64,000 nucleotides of DNA from Actinomycetes bacterium (GTDB taxonomy: Bacteria; Actinomycetota; Acidimicrobiia; Acidimicrobiales; Bog-793): NCBI GenBank assembly GCA_021798985.1, contig JAJZBI010000021.1, forward strand, positions 8,573 to 72,572, given 5' to 3'. Shown in pieces: positions 37,949 to 46,867 of the stretch. Position numbers and translations under genes: made by a program. Below the pieces are notes generated by a model. That model saw nothing but the letters and a program-made list of their open reading frames with translations. It was not told the DNA's origin and searched no databases. Every line of letters begins with the position of its first letter. The first letter of the stretch is position 1.

Positions 37949-38925
37949 CGGCGCGCCTGCCAGTTGCGATGGTCGGTGCCGGCCACATCCATTCCCCCGG
38001 CTACCTCCGCTGGCTCGCGCAGAGCCCCGACGTTGACCTCGTCGGCGTGTACGACCAAGATCCACGGCGCGCCGCCGAGCTTGCCGAGGCGAGCGGCACG
38101 AAGGTGCTCGGCTCGCTCGAGGAAGCCACGTCCCTTGCTCGGGCGGCGGTGATTGGCCCCGAGCCCACGCGCCAGCTCGCGCTCGCCGAGGCGGTGGCGC
38201 AAAGTGGCGGCGCGCTCTTGATCGAAAAGCCGCTCGGGGTGAACGCGGCGGAGTCCAAGGCGCTCGTCGCGCTCGCCGAGAAGGTCCCGATCAGCGTGAC
38301 CTTGCCCGTCCGCTACCACCCTGGCGCCGTGCAGCTCGCTCGCGCGGTGCACGAGCAGCAACTCGGCGAGGTCGTGGCGATCTGGGCCACGAACCGGAAC
38401 CGCTTTCCAGGAGGCTGGTTCGGTGACCCGGCGCTCGCGGGCGGCGGGTGCCTGCTCGACCATGTGGTCCATGTCGCCGACCTGATCGGTTGGATCTGGC
38501 AGACGACGTGGTCCTCGGTGCGCGCCGAGGCCGGCACGCTGCACCATGTCGACCTTGCCGTCGAGGACAGTGCGATCGTCCTCGCGCAGACCACCAACGA
38601 CATGATGGTCAGCGTCGATCCCTCGATGTCGCGACCTGACGACATGGCCGGCGCCCTCGACTTGACGATGCGGGTATGGGGGGAGCGCGGCGTCGCGACG
38701 ATCGACATCTTCGCGGCGCGCGTCGACGCCTTCGACACCTCAGGGCGCCACCGTCAGCACCTCGTCGGTGCCGACATGGACGGGGCGATGCTCAGCGACT
38801 GGGTGCGCTCGGTGCGCGGCGCGGGACCTCCGCCGGTGCCGTGCGCCGATGCCTTCCGGGCGAGCGCGCTGGCCTTCGCCGCCCAGCAGGCAGTCGCCAC
38901 GCACCAGACGGTGCGGCTGAGCTGA
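37945..38925 (+). CDS. Gfo/Idh/MocA-family oxidoreductase
   Basis: GAGHIHS, IEKPLG, GGCLLDHVVHVAD. Confidence 0.9.
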   Translation: MTARLPVAMVGAGHIHSPGYLRWLAQSPDVDLVGVYDQDPRRAAELAEASGTKVLGSLEEATSLARAAVIGPEPTRQLALAEAVAQSGGALLIEKPLGVNAAESKALVALAEKVPISVTLPVRYHPGAVQLARAVHEQQLGEVVAIWATNRNRFPGGWFGDPALAGGGCLLDHVVHVADLIGWIWQTTWSSVRAEAGTLHHVDLAVEDSAIVLAQTTNDMMVSVDPSMSRPDDMAGALDLTMRVWGERGVATIDIFAARVDAFDTSGRHRQHLVGADMDGAMLSDWVRSVRGAGPPPVPCADAFRASALAFAAQQAVATHQTVRLS

Positions 38926-38964
38926 ATCTCTGCAACACCCACACGACAGAGGGGAGAACTGCAG

Positions 38965-40296
38965 GTGATGAAGCACCACAAGAGCCAAAGGGCGCGCCGG
39001 TCCCTTTCCCGGCGGGGGCTGCTCGCCGCGGGGCTGGTGGCGGGACCGCTCGCCATGATGGGGATCTCCACACCGGCGCATGCCGCGTCGTCGGTGACCA
39101 ACATCACGGCATGGGAGGGTGACACCGGCACCGCCGCGACGGCCCTCAAGGCGCAGGTCGCCGGGTACAACAAGACCTACGCGCATAGCTGCCACGTGAC
39201 GACGGACTTCATCGCCGCCACGGGGCACACCTTCACCCCCAAGCTGCTCACCGCGTTGTCGTCGGGGTCGGGGCCCAACTTGGTCCTCAGCTACTCCGAG
39301 CCCCAGGACATGGCCGAGGTGGCGGCCACCGGTCACGTCGTCACCTTGAACAAGTACATGGCCAAGGAGGGGCGCCCGGGATCGGTCTTCTATCCGGCCA
39401 TGTTGAAGGCGTCGACGTTTGGCAACAAGGTGTACTCGTTCCCCACCGACGGCGGGGACTACGGCGTGATCTACAACAAGAAGATCTTCGCCAAAGCGGG
39501 GATCACCGCGACGCCGACGACCTGGGCACAGCTCGCCGCCGACGCGGCCAAGATCACCAAGGCCGAAAAGGGGGTCTACGGCTTCTATGTGCCCTTTGGC
39601 GTCAACGAGTGGACGGTGTGGACCTTTGAGTCCATGTTGTGGTCAGAGGGTGGTCACTTCTTGAACGCCAAGAACAACAAGGCGCTCTTCGCCAGTCCCG
39701 CGGGCGTCGCCGGGCTCAATGTCTGGGTGAACCTGTTGAAGGACCACTTGGCCTATCCGACCTCGCTCGCCAACAGCAGCCAGAATGCCGGCTACCCCGG
39801 CTTCCAGGACGGCAAGGTCGCCATGTACATCGACGGCTCCTATGACCTCGGGCTCGACGACAAGGCGCTCGGCACGAAGAACGTCGGCGTCTTCCAGTTC
39901 CCCAAGGTCAAGACGTACGCGATGAACACCGGCACGAACCAGTCCTTCATGACGACGGGCACCCCCGCACAGCAGACTTGTGAGTGGGACTACTTGAAGT
40001 ACATGACCTCGCCCACGGTCCAGGCGAAGTGGGATGTCGCGACGGGCTTCCTGCCGACCGTGCGTGCCGTGGCCAACACGCCGACCTACCGGGCTTTTGT
40101 GGCCAAGGACCCGCGGCTCAACGTGTTCGTCCACGAGCTCAAGTACGCGCACACGCGTCCATCGATCCAGAACTACGCGCAGATCTCGGCCGAGCTCGGC
40201 AAGCAGATCGAATCGGCGCTCATGCAACAAGAGTCAGCCAAGGCGGCGCTCAGCGCAGCCCAGGCCCAGGCGAACCAGATCCTCGCCCAGGGGTAG
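38965..40296 (+). CDS. Carbohydrate ABC transporter substrate-binding protein with Tat-type signal
   Basis: SRRGLL...AHA signal; GPNL, YSFP, IYNKKIF. Confidence 0.92.
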   Translation: MMKHHKSQRARRSLSRRGLLAAGLVAGPLAMMGISTPAHAASSVTNITAWEGDTGTAATALKAQVAGYNKTYAHSCHVTTDFIAATGHTFTPKLLTALSSGSGPNLVLSYSEPQDMAEVAATGHVVTLNKYMAKEGRPGSVFYPAMLKASTFGNKVYSFPTDGGDYGVIYNKKIFAKAGITATPTTWAQLAADAAKITKAEKGVYGFYVPFGVNEWTVWTFESMLWSEGGHFLNAKNNKALFASPAGVAGLNVWVNLLKDHLAYPTSLANSSQNAGYPGFQDGKVAMYIDGSYDLGLDDKALGTKNVGVFQFPKVKTYAMNTGTNQSFMTTGTPAQQTCEWDYLKYMTSPTVQAKWDVATGFLPTVRAVANTPTYRAFVAKDPRLNVFVHELKYAHTRPSIQNYAQISAELGKQIESALMQQESAKAALSAAQAQANQILAQG

Positions 40297-40468
40297 CGGC
40301 GCCGTGCCGGTGTCGATGACCCACTCGAGGGATTGATCGCGGTGATCGGGGCGCGTGTCGGCGGGAAACCGACACCGGCGCGCGCCCCGGCGCCGCGGCC
40401 GCCGGCACTGCGTCGCGCGGCGCTGCATCGCGCGGCGCTGGGTCCGGCCAGCATGGCCGGGGTGCGTC

Positions 40469-41455
40469 ATGGCTGAGGCGACCGAGGTGCTTGTGGCACG
40501 CCGTGGCCGCAGCCAGCGCGCCATACGACGGCGTCAGCGGGCGATGGAAGACAAGCGCAGCGGCGGTGGCGTGAGCCGGCGGGAGGAGATCATCGCCGGC
40601 TATGCGTTTGTGGCGCCCACGGCGGTCCTGCTGAGCTTGTTCTACTTCGTGCCGCTGATCGAGACCTTCTACTACAGCTTCACCAAGTGGGATCCGGCCT
40701 CAGTCACCCCGGCGCACTACGTGGGGCTGGCGAACTACCGCCAGCTCGGCGGCAGCGTGGGCTTCCTGCCCGCCGTGCTGCACACGCTCGTGTACCTGGC
40801 GTTCACCGTCCCGATCTCGGTCGCCGTGGGCCTTGGGCTCGCGATGCTGCTGAATCGGCCCTTCCGCGGCTCGGGCATCTACCGCACGCTGGTCTTCACG
40901 CCCTACATCGCGCCGATCGTCGGCAGCGCCCTCGTCTTCTCCTACATCCTCTCGCCGCTCGGCGGGATCGCCAACGACCTGCTCAGCGCGTTCGGCATCC
41001 ATCCGATCAACTTCCTCGCCGAGAACCCCTGGGCGATGATCTGGCTGATCATTTTCTCGATCTGGCAGGTCGCCGGGTTCAACATGGTGATCTACCTTGC
41101 CGCCCTGGCCTCGGTGCCCGAGGTCTACTACGAGGCGGCCGAGATGGACGGCGCCCGCTTCTTCGCGCGCTTTCGCCACATCACCTGGCCGCTCATCTGG
41201 CCGTCCACGCTCTTTTTGCTGGTGATCGGCGTAGTGAACTCGATCCAGGTCTTCACCCAGGTCTACGCACTCACCGGTGGTGGCCCGATCGACAGCACGT
41301 GGACGGTGATCTACTGGATCTACCAGGAGGACTTCGTGTACTTCAACGGGGGCCTCGCCACCGCGGGCTCGGTCGTGTTGTTCCTCGTCGGAATGATCCT
41401 CACCTTGTTGCAGCTTCGCTTCCTCGGCCGGCGGCGCGTGGAGATGATGAGCTGA
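40469..41455 (+). CDS. Carbohydrate ABC transporter permease
   Basis: YAFVAP, YYEAAEMDGA, NSIQVF. Confidence 0.93.
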   Translation: MAEATEVLVARRGRSQRAIRRRQRAMEDKRSGGGVSRREEIIAGYAFVAPTAVLLSLFYFVPLIETFYYSFTKWDPASVTPAHYVGLANYRQLGGSVGFLPAVLHTLVYLAFTVPISVAVGLGLAMLLNRPFRGSGIYRTLVFTPYIAPIVGSALVFSYILSPLGGIANDLLSAFGIHPINFLAENPWAMIWLIIFSIWQVAGFNMVIYLAALASVPEVYYEAAEMDGARFFARFRHITWPLIWPSTLFLLVIGVVNSIQVFTQVYALTGGGPIDSTWTVIYWIYQEDFVYFNGGLATAGSVVLFLVGMILTLLQLRFLGRRRVEMMS

Positions 41456-42354
41456 TGGCCACCGCGCTCGAGCTGCGAAGCGGCCGGCTTCGGCGCCCTC
41501 CCGCCGCGCCGGTGCGCCCGCGCCGAGGCCGGCGCGAGCGCAGGGTCGTGGTCGTCGCCCGCCACGTGGTGTTGATCATCGCGACGGCGCTGTTCTTCGG
41601 TCCGTTTGTGTGGATGATCCTCACGAGCTTGAAGAGCTCGTCCTCCGCGCTTGTCTACCCTCCGACGCTGCTCCCGCACCACTGGCACTTCGGCAACTAC
41701 CTCGACGTCTTTCGGGCGGCGCCGTTCGGGACGTTCTATCTGAACAGCATCATCCAGGCGGTCGCGAGCACCATCGGTCAGGTGGTCACGAGCGCGCTCG
41801 CCGGCTACGCCTTCGCGCGGCTGCGCTTCCCGGGCCGCCAGCTGATCTTCTTCATCTTGCTCGGGGCGCTGCTCGTGCCCTTCCAGGTGGTCTTCGTGCC
41901 ACTCGTGCACCTGCTGGCGGCGCTGCACTGGCTGAACAGCTACGAGGGCCTCATCATCCCCAACATCCCCTCGATCTTCGGCGCGTTCTTGTTCCGCCAG
42001 TTCTTCATGAGCTTCCCGGCCGAGCTCGAGGATGCGGCCGCGGTGGACGGGGCGGGGATCTTGCGGCGCTTCATCAGCGTCGTCGCGCCGCTGTCGCGCG
42101 GCACGGCAGGCGCCTTTGCGATCCTGGCCTTCATCTACAACTGGAACAACTTCTTCTACCAGTTCATCATCGTCAACACGAACCGCTATATGACGGTCCA
42201 GCTCGGCCTCGTGCTCTTCCAGTCCCAGCAGACGGCGAGCGAGTTCAACCTGTTGATGGCCGCCTCCACGATCGCGGTCATCCCCGTCCTCATCGTCTTC
42301 CTCGTCTTCCAGCGACAGATCGTCCGCGGCATCATGCTCGGCGGGCTGAAGTAG
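41455..42354 (+). CDS. Carbohydrate ABC transporter permease
   Basis: GYAFARLRFPG, ELEDAAAVDG, IMLGGLK. Confidence 0.93.
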   Translation: MATALELRSGRLRRPPAAPVRPRRGRRERRVVVVARHVVLIIATALFFGPFVWMILTSLKSSSSALVYPPTLLPHHWHFGNYLDVFRAAPFGTFYLNSIIQAVASTIGQVVTSALAGYAFARLRFPGRQLIFFILLGALLVPFQVVFVPLVHLLAALHWLNSYEGLIIPNIPSIFGAFLFRQFFMSFPAELEDAAAVDGAGILRRFISVVAPLSRGTAGAFAILAFIYNWNNFFYQFIIVNTNRYMTVQLGLVLFQSQQTASEFNLLMAASTIAVIPVLIVFLVFQRQIVRGIMLGGLK

Positions 42355-42358
42355 CGCG

Positions 42359-43858
42359 GTGCGGTCGCGCGACGGCGCAGAGCCGGCGGACGGCGCGATC
42401 TCCCCGTTTCGGATCGCGATGGGTGGGATCGCCATCGAGGCGAGCGCCTTCTCGCCGCACCGCAGCACGCTGGCGGACTTCACCCAGCGGGGCGGTCCCG
42501 AGCTCATCGCCCGCTACCCCTTCATCGCCGACGCACCAACGTGGTCGCGCGGGGTCGAGTGGGTGCCGCTGCATCATGCCCGCGCGCTCCCCGGCGGTCC
42601 GGTGCTCGCCGAGGCGTACGCGGCGCTCAAGTCCGAGATCCTCGAGCGCGCGGTGGCGGCCGGGCCACTCGATGGCGTGTTGTTGGACATCCACGGGGCG
42701 ATGACCGTGATCGGGTGCGAGGACGCCGAGGCCGATCTCGCCGAGGCGCTGCGCGCCGCGCTCGGCGAGGGCGTCATGATCTCGGCATCGATGGACCTCC
42801 ACGGCAACGTCTCGCGCCGCCTCGCCGAAGTGGTCGACTTGCTCACCTGCTACCGGACGGCCCCGCACGTGGATGAGGAGGAGACGCGCGAGCGCGCGGC
42901 GCGCAACCTTGTCGCGCAGCTGCGCCAGGGGGAACGGGCGCGCAAGGCCTGGGTGAGCGTCCCGCTCCTCCTCCCCGGAGAGCGCACGAGCACCCGCGTC
43001 GAGCCCGCGAAGGGCCTCTACGCGATGGTTCGCGAGGTCGCCGGCCATGACGGCATCCTCGATGCCTCGTTCTTTGTCGGCTACGCCTGGGGTGACGAGG
43101 CGCGCTGTCGTGCCGCCGTCGTCGTGATGGGCAAGGACGTCGAGACGGTCGGCGCCAAGGCGGCACGACTGGCCCAGGCGGCCTGGGCAGCGCGCCACGA
43201 CTTTGGGTTCGCGGCCTGGGCGGGAAGCCTGGACGCGTGCCTGGAGCGGGCGATGGTGTCCGCCTCGCGCCCGTTTTTCATCAGCGACTCGGGGGACAAC
43301 CCCACCGCGGGCGGTGCCGGCGACGTCACCTTCAGCCTCGCGCGCCTGCTCGCGACGCCCGAGCTGGTGCGCGGGACGCGGCGGGTCGTCTACGCGAGCA
43401 TGCTTGACCCCGAGGCGGTCGCCGCCGCCGCGGCGGCCGGGGTGGGCGCGGCGGTGCGCGTCGGCCTCGGGGCCAAGCTCCTGCCCACGCCCGCGCCGCC
43501 CGTGGCGCTCGAGGGGACGGTCACCTGCCTGCGGCCCAACGATCCGGTCGGGGGCGACTTGGCGGTGATCGGCGTCGGGGGCATCGAGGTGATCGTGACC
43601 TCCCGGCGAAAGCCGTACCACAAGGTCGCGGACTTCAGCGAGCTCGGGATCGACCCCCGCGAGCGGGACATCGTCGTCGTCAAGATCGGCTACCTCGAGC
43701 CGGAGCTCCACGCGATCGCTGCGGACTGGTGCCTGGCACTCACCCCCGGTGGGGTCGACCAGGATCTCGCCCGCCTCGGCCACCGCCACCTCGCCCGCCC
43801 GCTCTTCCCGCTCGAAGGGGCGGACTTCGACCCCGACCTGACGCCGGTGTGCTGGTGA
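42359..43858 (+). CDS. M81-family (MlrC-like) metallo-amidohydrolase
   Basis: IEASAFS, DIHGAM, DLHGN, YRTAPHVD, DSGDNPTAG, VVKIGY. Confidence 0.9.
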   Translation: MRSRDGAEPADGAISPFRIAMGGIAIEASAFSPHRSTLADFTQRGGPELIARYPFIADAPTWSRGVEWVPLHHARALPGGPVLAEAYAALKSEILERAVAAGPLDGVLLDIHGAMTVIGCEDAEADLAEALRAALGEGVMISASMDLHGNVSRRLAEVVDLLTCYRTAPHVDEEETRERAARNLVAQLRQGERARKAWVSVPLLLPGERTSTRVEPAKGLYAMVREVAGHDGILDASFFVGYAWGDEARCRAAVVVMGKDVETVGAKAARLAQAAWAARHDFGFAAWAGSLDACLERAMVSASRPFFISDSGDNPTAGGAGDVTFSLARLLATPELVRGTRRVVYASMLDPEAVAAAAAAGVGAAVRVGLGAKLLPTPAPPVALEGTVTCLRPNDPVGGDLAVIGVGGIEVIVTSRRKPYHKVADFSELGIDPRERDIVVVKIGYLEPELHAIAADWCLALTPGGVDQDLARLGHRHLARPLFPLEGADFDPDLTPVCW

Positions 43859-44661
43859 GCCCGGCGGACGCGTCCCCGCTCGTCTTTGAGGTCTGTGCGG
43901 GCTCGCTGGCGGCCCTCGAGGCCGCCCTGGCGGCGGGGGCAGCACGCGTCGAGCTGTGCGCCGGGCTTTCGCTCGGCGGCCTGACGCCGAGCCTCGGCGC
44001 CATCCGGTCCGCCGTCGCCCGCTGCGCCCGACGGGCCAGGCTGCACGTCCTCATCCGCCCGCGGCCGGGCGACTACGTCTACTCGCCCGGCGAGGTCGAG
44101 GTGATGGAGGCCGACGTGGTGCTCGCCAAGGCTGCCGGGGCCGACGGCGTGGTGATCGGCGCGCTCGATCAACGCGCCAGGGTCGATGTCGCCACGTGCC
44201 GGCGCCTCGTCGCGCTCGCCCGTCCGTTGAGCGTGACCTTCCACCGCGCCTTCGATGCGACGTCCGATCCACTGGCGAGCCTTGCCGAGGTCGCGGCGCT
44301 CGGGGTCGACCGCCTCCTCAGCTCCGGTGGTGCCGCCGATGCGCTGGCCGGCGCCGACGTGCTGGCCGAGCTCGTGCGGCGTGCCGGCGACGAGCTCGTG
44401 GTGATGGCGGGGGGCGGCATCACCGAGGCGAACGTGGCCGACGTCGTCCGGCGCGCCAAGGTGCGCGAGCTCCACTTCTCTGGCCGTCCGGCGTCCTCGG
44501 GCGGGGCGCCGAGCATGCCCGATCGCCTGGCGGCGCGCCTCGAGGCCATCATGGCGAGCGCCCGACGCGGCGACGACGCCGAGCGCGGGGGGCGAGTTGG
44601 TGCGCCGCTGGTCGGGCCGGCCGGCGGCCAGGACGCAAAGGGGCCGACATGGGCCAGCTGA
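43855..44661 (+). CDS. cutC: CutC-family TIM barrel protein
   Basis: EVC, RVELC, GGLTPS, LIRPRPGDY, TFHRAFD, LSSGG, ELHFS. Confidence 0.9.
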   Translation: MSPADASPLVFEVCAGSLAALEAALAAGAARVELCAGLSLGGLTPSLGAIRSAVARCARRARLHVLIRPRPGDYVYSPGEVEVMEADVVLAKAAGADGVVIGALDQRARVDVATCRRLVALARPLSVTFHRAFDATSDPLASLAEVAALGVDRLLSSGGAADALAGADVLAELVRRAGDELVVMAGGGITEANVADVVRRAKVRELHFSGRPASSGGAPSMPDRLAARLEAIMASARRGDDAERGGRVGAPLVGPAGGQDAKGPTWAS

Positions 44662-45878
44662 GCACGCCCGGACGGGCGACCTCGTCCCTGTATTGCTTTG
44701 GTACGGACCTGTTGGACGAGGGCATCGACGTCGTGCTCGAGCGCGCCAGCACGGCCGGGCTCGATGGGATCACGATGGCGGCGAAGTACCACGCCGTCAG
44801 CGACCTGTATCCCCATAACCCGCGGCGCCGACAGGCGAGCGTGGCGCCGGGCTGCTACTTCGTCCCCGAGCCACGGCGCTATGGCGAGATCGTGCCCGCG
44901 CCCCACGAGCTGTTGGACGGGCGCGACCTCCTCGCCGAGCTGTGCGCGCTCGCTCCCCGTCACGGTCTTGGCGTCTCGGCGTGGGCGGTGGTGCTGCACG
45001 ACGACGACGCGGCGCCGGGCACCCCCGGGCTTGGCCGCAACTGCTTTGGCGAGGAGGTGGCGGGCACCCTGTGCCCCTCGAGTGACGCGGGGCGCGACCT
45101 CGTGGTCGGCCTCGTCACCGACCTGTGCCGCTACGGCCTCGTGGCGATCCGGCTGGAGTCCGTGCACTTCCACGGCTTCGGGCATGGTCATCACCACGAG
45201 CGCCTCCTCGAGGACTACGGCGAGCTCGCCCGCTTCGTCCTCGGCCTGTGCTTTTGTGCGGCCTGCTGTGGGCGCGCCGATGCCGCCGGGCTCGACGGTG
45301 ACGAGCTCGCGACGCGCGCCCGTGCCTACGTCGAAGCGGTGCCGTCGGGATCCGTCGCGCCGCAACCCTTCTCCAACGACGCCCTGGCCGCAGCGTGCGG
45401 GGAGGCCGCCATCGCGTTCTTGGCGCTGCGCAGCGCGGTCGTCGCCGGCCTCGTCGCCGAGGTGGTGCCGATCGCGTCGGGCAGACAGATCACCCTCAGC
45501 GTCATCGACCCGTCGATCGCCACGGCGTCTTACGCGACCGGCGAGCTCGGACCCCCGAGTCCGCTCGGGGGGCTCACGCTCGGCATCGATGCGGTCGGCC
45601 TCGCCGCGAGTGGCGCTCGGGTCGAGGTCACGGGATATCTGCGCGACCCGAACGCGCTCGACCAAGCGCTCTCGGCCGGTGCGCTCGGGGCGCGAGATGG
45701 CCAGGCCGATCCACGCCTGGCGCTGATCTTGCGGCCCGGCGCGCCCGACGGGGCCGACGCGGGGAGCCTTGCCGCCAAGGTGGCAGTCGCCCGCCACCAC
45801 GCCGTCGAGGTCAACTTCTACAACTACGGCCTGTACCGTCTCGATGCACTCGAGCGCATCGCGTGGGCCCTAGCGTGA
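44649..45878 (+). CDS. Uncharacterised glycoside-hydrolase-like TIM barrel with His/Cys clusters
   Basis: AAKYH, PHNP, TLCPSS, IRLES, HGHHHE, CFCAAC; in the operon between cutC and nagB. Confidence 0.65.
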   Translation: MGQLSTPGRATSSLYCFGTDLLDEGIDVVLERASTAGLDGITMAAKYHAVSDLYPHNPRRRQASVAPGCYFVPEPRRYGEIVPAPHELLDGRDLLAELCALAPRHGLGVSAWAVVLHDDDAAPGTPGLGRNCFGEEVAGTLCPSSDAGRDLVVGLVTDLCRYGLVAIRLESVHFHGFGHGHHHERLLEDYGELARFVLGLCFCAACCGRADAAGLDGDELATRARAYVEAVPSGSVAPQPFSNDALAAACGEAAIAFLALRSAVVAGLVAEVVPIASGRQITLSVIDPSIATASYATGELGPPSPLGGLTLGIDAVGLAASGARVEVTGYLRDPNALDQALSAGALGARDGQADPRLALILRPGAPDGADAGSLAAKVAVARHHAVEVNFYNYGLYRLDALERIAWALA

Positions 45879-45959
45879 CGGCGCAGCGGACCGGCCGGCA
45901 TGGCAGCGTGGCCGAAGCGATCGATGGGACATGATGCGGCGACGCAAGGAAGGAAGGCG

Positions 45960-46727
45960 ATGAGCGCGGCAGCGACCAGGCGGAGCTATGGGAGCTTGGA
46001 GGTGGTCATCCACCCCGACCTCGACGACCTCGCCGATGCGGCGTGCGCCGAGGCCGTGGCAGCCATCGCGGCTGACTTCGCCCGCCGGGGCGAGGCGGCG
46101 ATCGTGCTCGCGACGGGCAACTCCCAGCTCGGCTTCTTGGAGCGACTCTGTGCCGCCGATCTGGACTGGTCGCGCATCTCGATCTTGCACCTCGATGAGT
46201 ACGTCGGCATCGACGCGGACCATCCCGCCAGCTTTCGCCGCTATCTGCGCGAGCACGTCGTCGACAAGGTGGCCCCGAAGGCCTTCTACGGCCTTGGCGG
46301 GGACGCCGCGGACCTCTCCGCCGAGTGCGCCCGCTACCGCGCCCTGCTTAAGGCGTGCGATCCGCAGCTGTGTGTGATGGGGGTGGGGGAGAACGGCCAC
46401 CTCGCCTTCAACGACCCGCCGGCCGACTTTTCGACCACTGCGGTCGTGCACGAGGTTGAGCTCGATCGCGCCTGTCGCCTGCAGCAGGTGGGCGAGGGGC
46501 ATTTCCCCGACTTCGACTCAGTGCCGACACGGGCGCTCTCGCTCACCGTGCCCGCCATGTTGTCGATGCCGCACCTCGTCGCCATCGCGCCCGAGCAGCG
46601 CAAGGCCCAGGTGATCGCCACGGCCCTCGACGGGCCGATCTCGCCGGACTGCCCGGCCTCGGCGCTGCGCCAGGCCGCCGGCGCCGTGCTGCATCTCGAC
46701 GAGGCATCCGCCAGCCGGCTCGCCTGA
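45960..46727 (+). CDS. nagB: Glucosamine-6-phosphate deaminase/isomerase (NagB-like)
   Basis: LATGNSQ, LDEYVG, GVGENGHLAFNDP. Confidence 0.82.
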   Translation: MSAAATRRSYGSLEVVIHPDLDDLADAACAEAVAAIAADFARRGEAAIVLATGNSQLGFLERLCAADLDWSRISILHLDEYVGIDADHPASFRRYLREHVVDKVAPKAFYGLGGDAADLSAECARYRALLKACDPQLCVMGVGENGHLAFNDPPADFSTTAVVHEVELDRACRLQQVGEGHFPDFDSVPTRALSLTVPAMLSMPHLVAIAPEQRKAQVIATALDGPISPDCPASALRQAAGAVLHLDEASASRLA

Positions 46728-46867
46728 GCACGCGTTTGGGAATCTCGCGGCGCGAGCAAACCCTCAACAGGCCTGCCGTGGCCAGCGTCGCGACCCGGTG
46801 CCCGCGCCCCGGGGCGCTCCGCCCGGCGCCGGTGGCGGCGCCGGCGCCCCAAGGAGGGAGCCGACTC

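Noticed and set aside
40297-40468. Inverted repeat gccggtgtcg/cgacaccggc and short direct repeats after the SBP gene; considered as a MITE or sRNA
   Set aside because: Single copy, no target-site duplication; best explained as the usual intercistronic stem after an SBP
43855-46727. Copper-resistance reading of cutC and the His/Cys-rich neighbour
   Set aside because: No copper ATPase, chaperone, oxidase or CsoR in the window; the context is entirely carbohydrate catabolism
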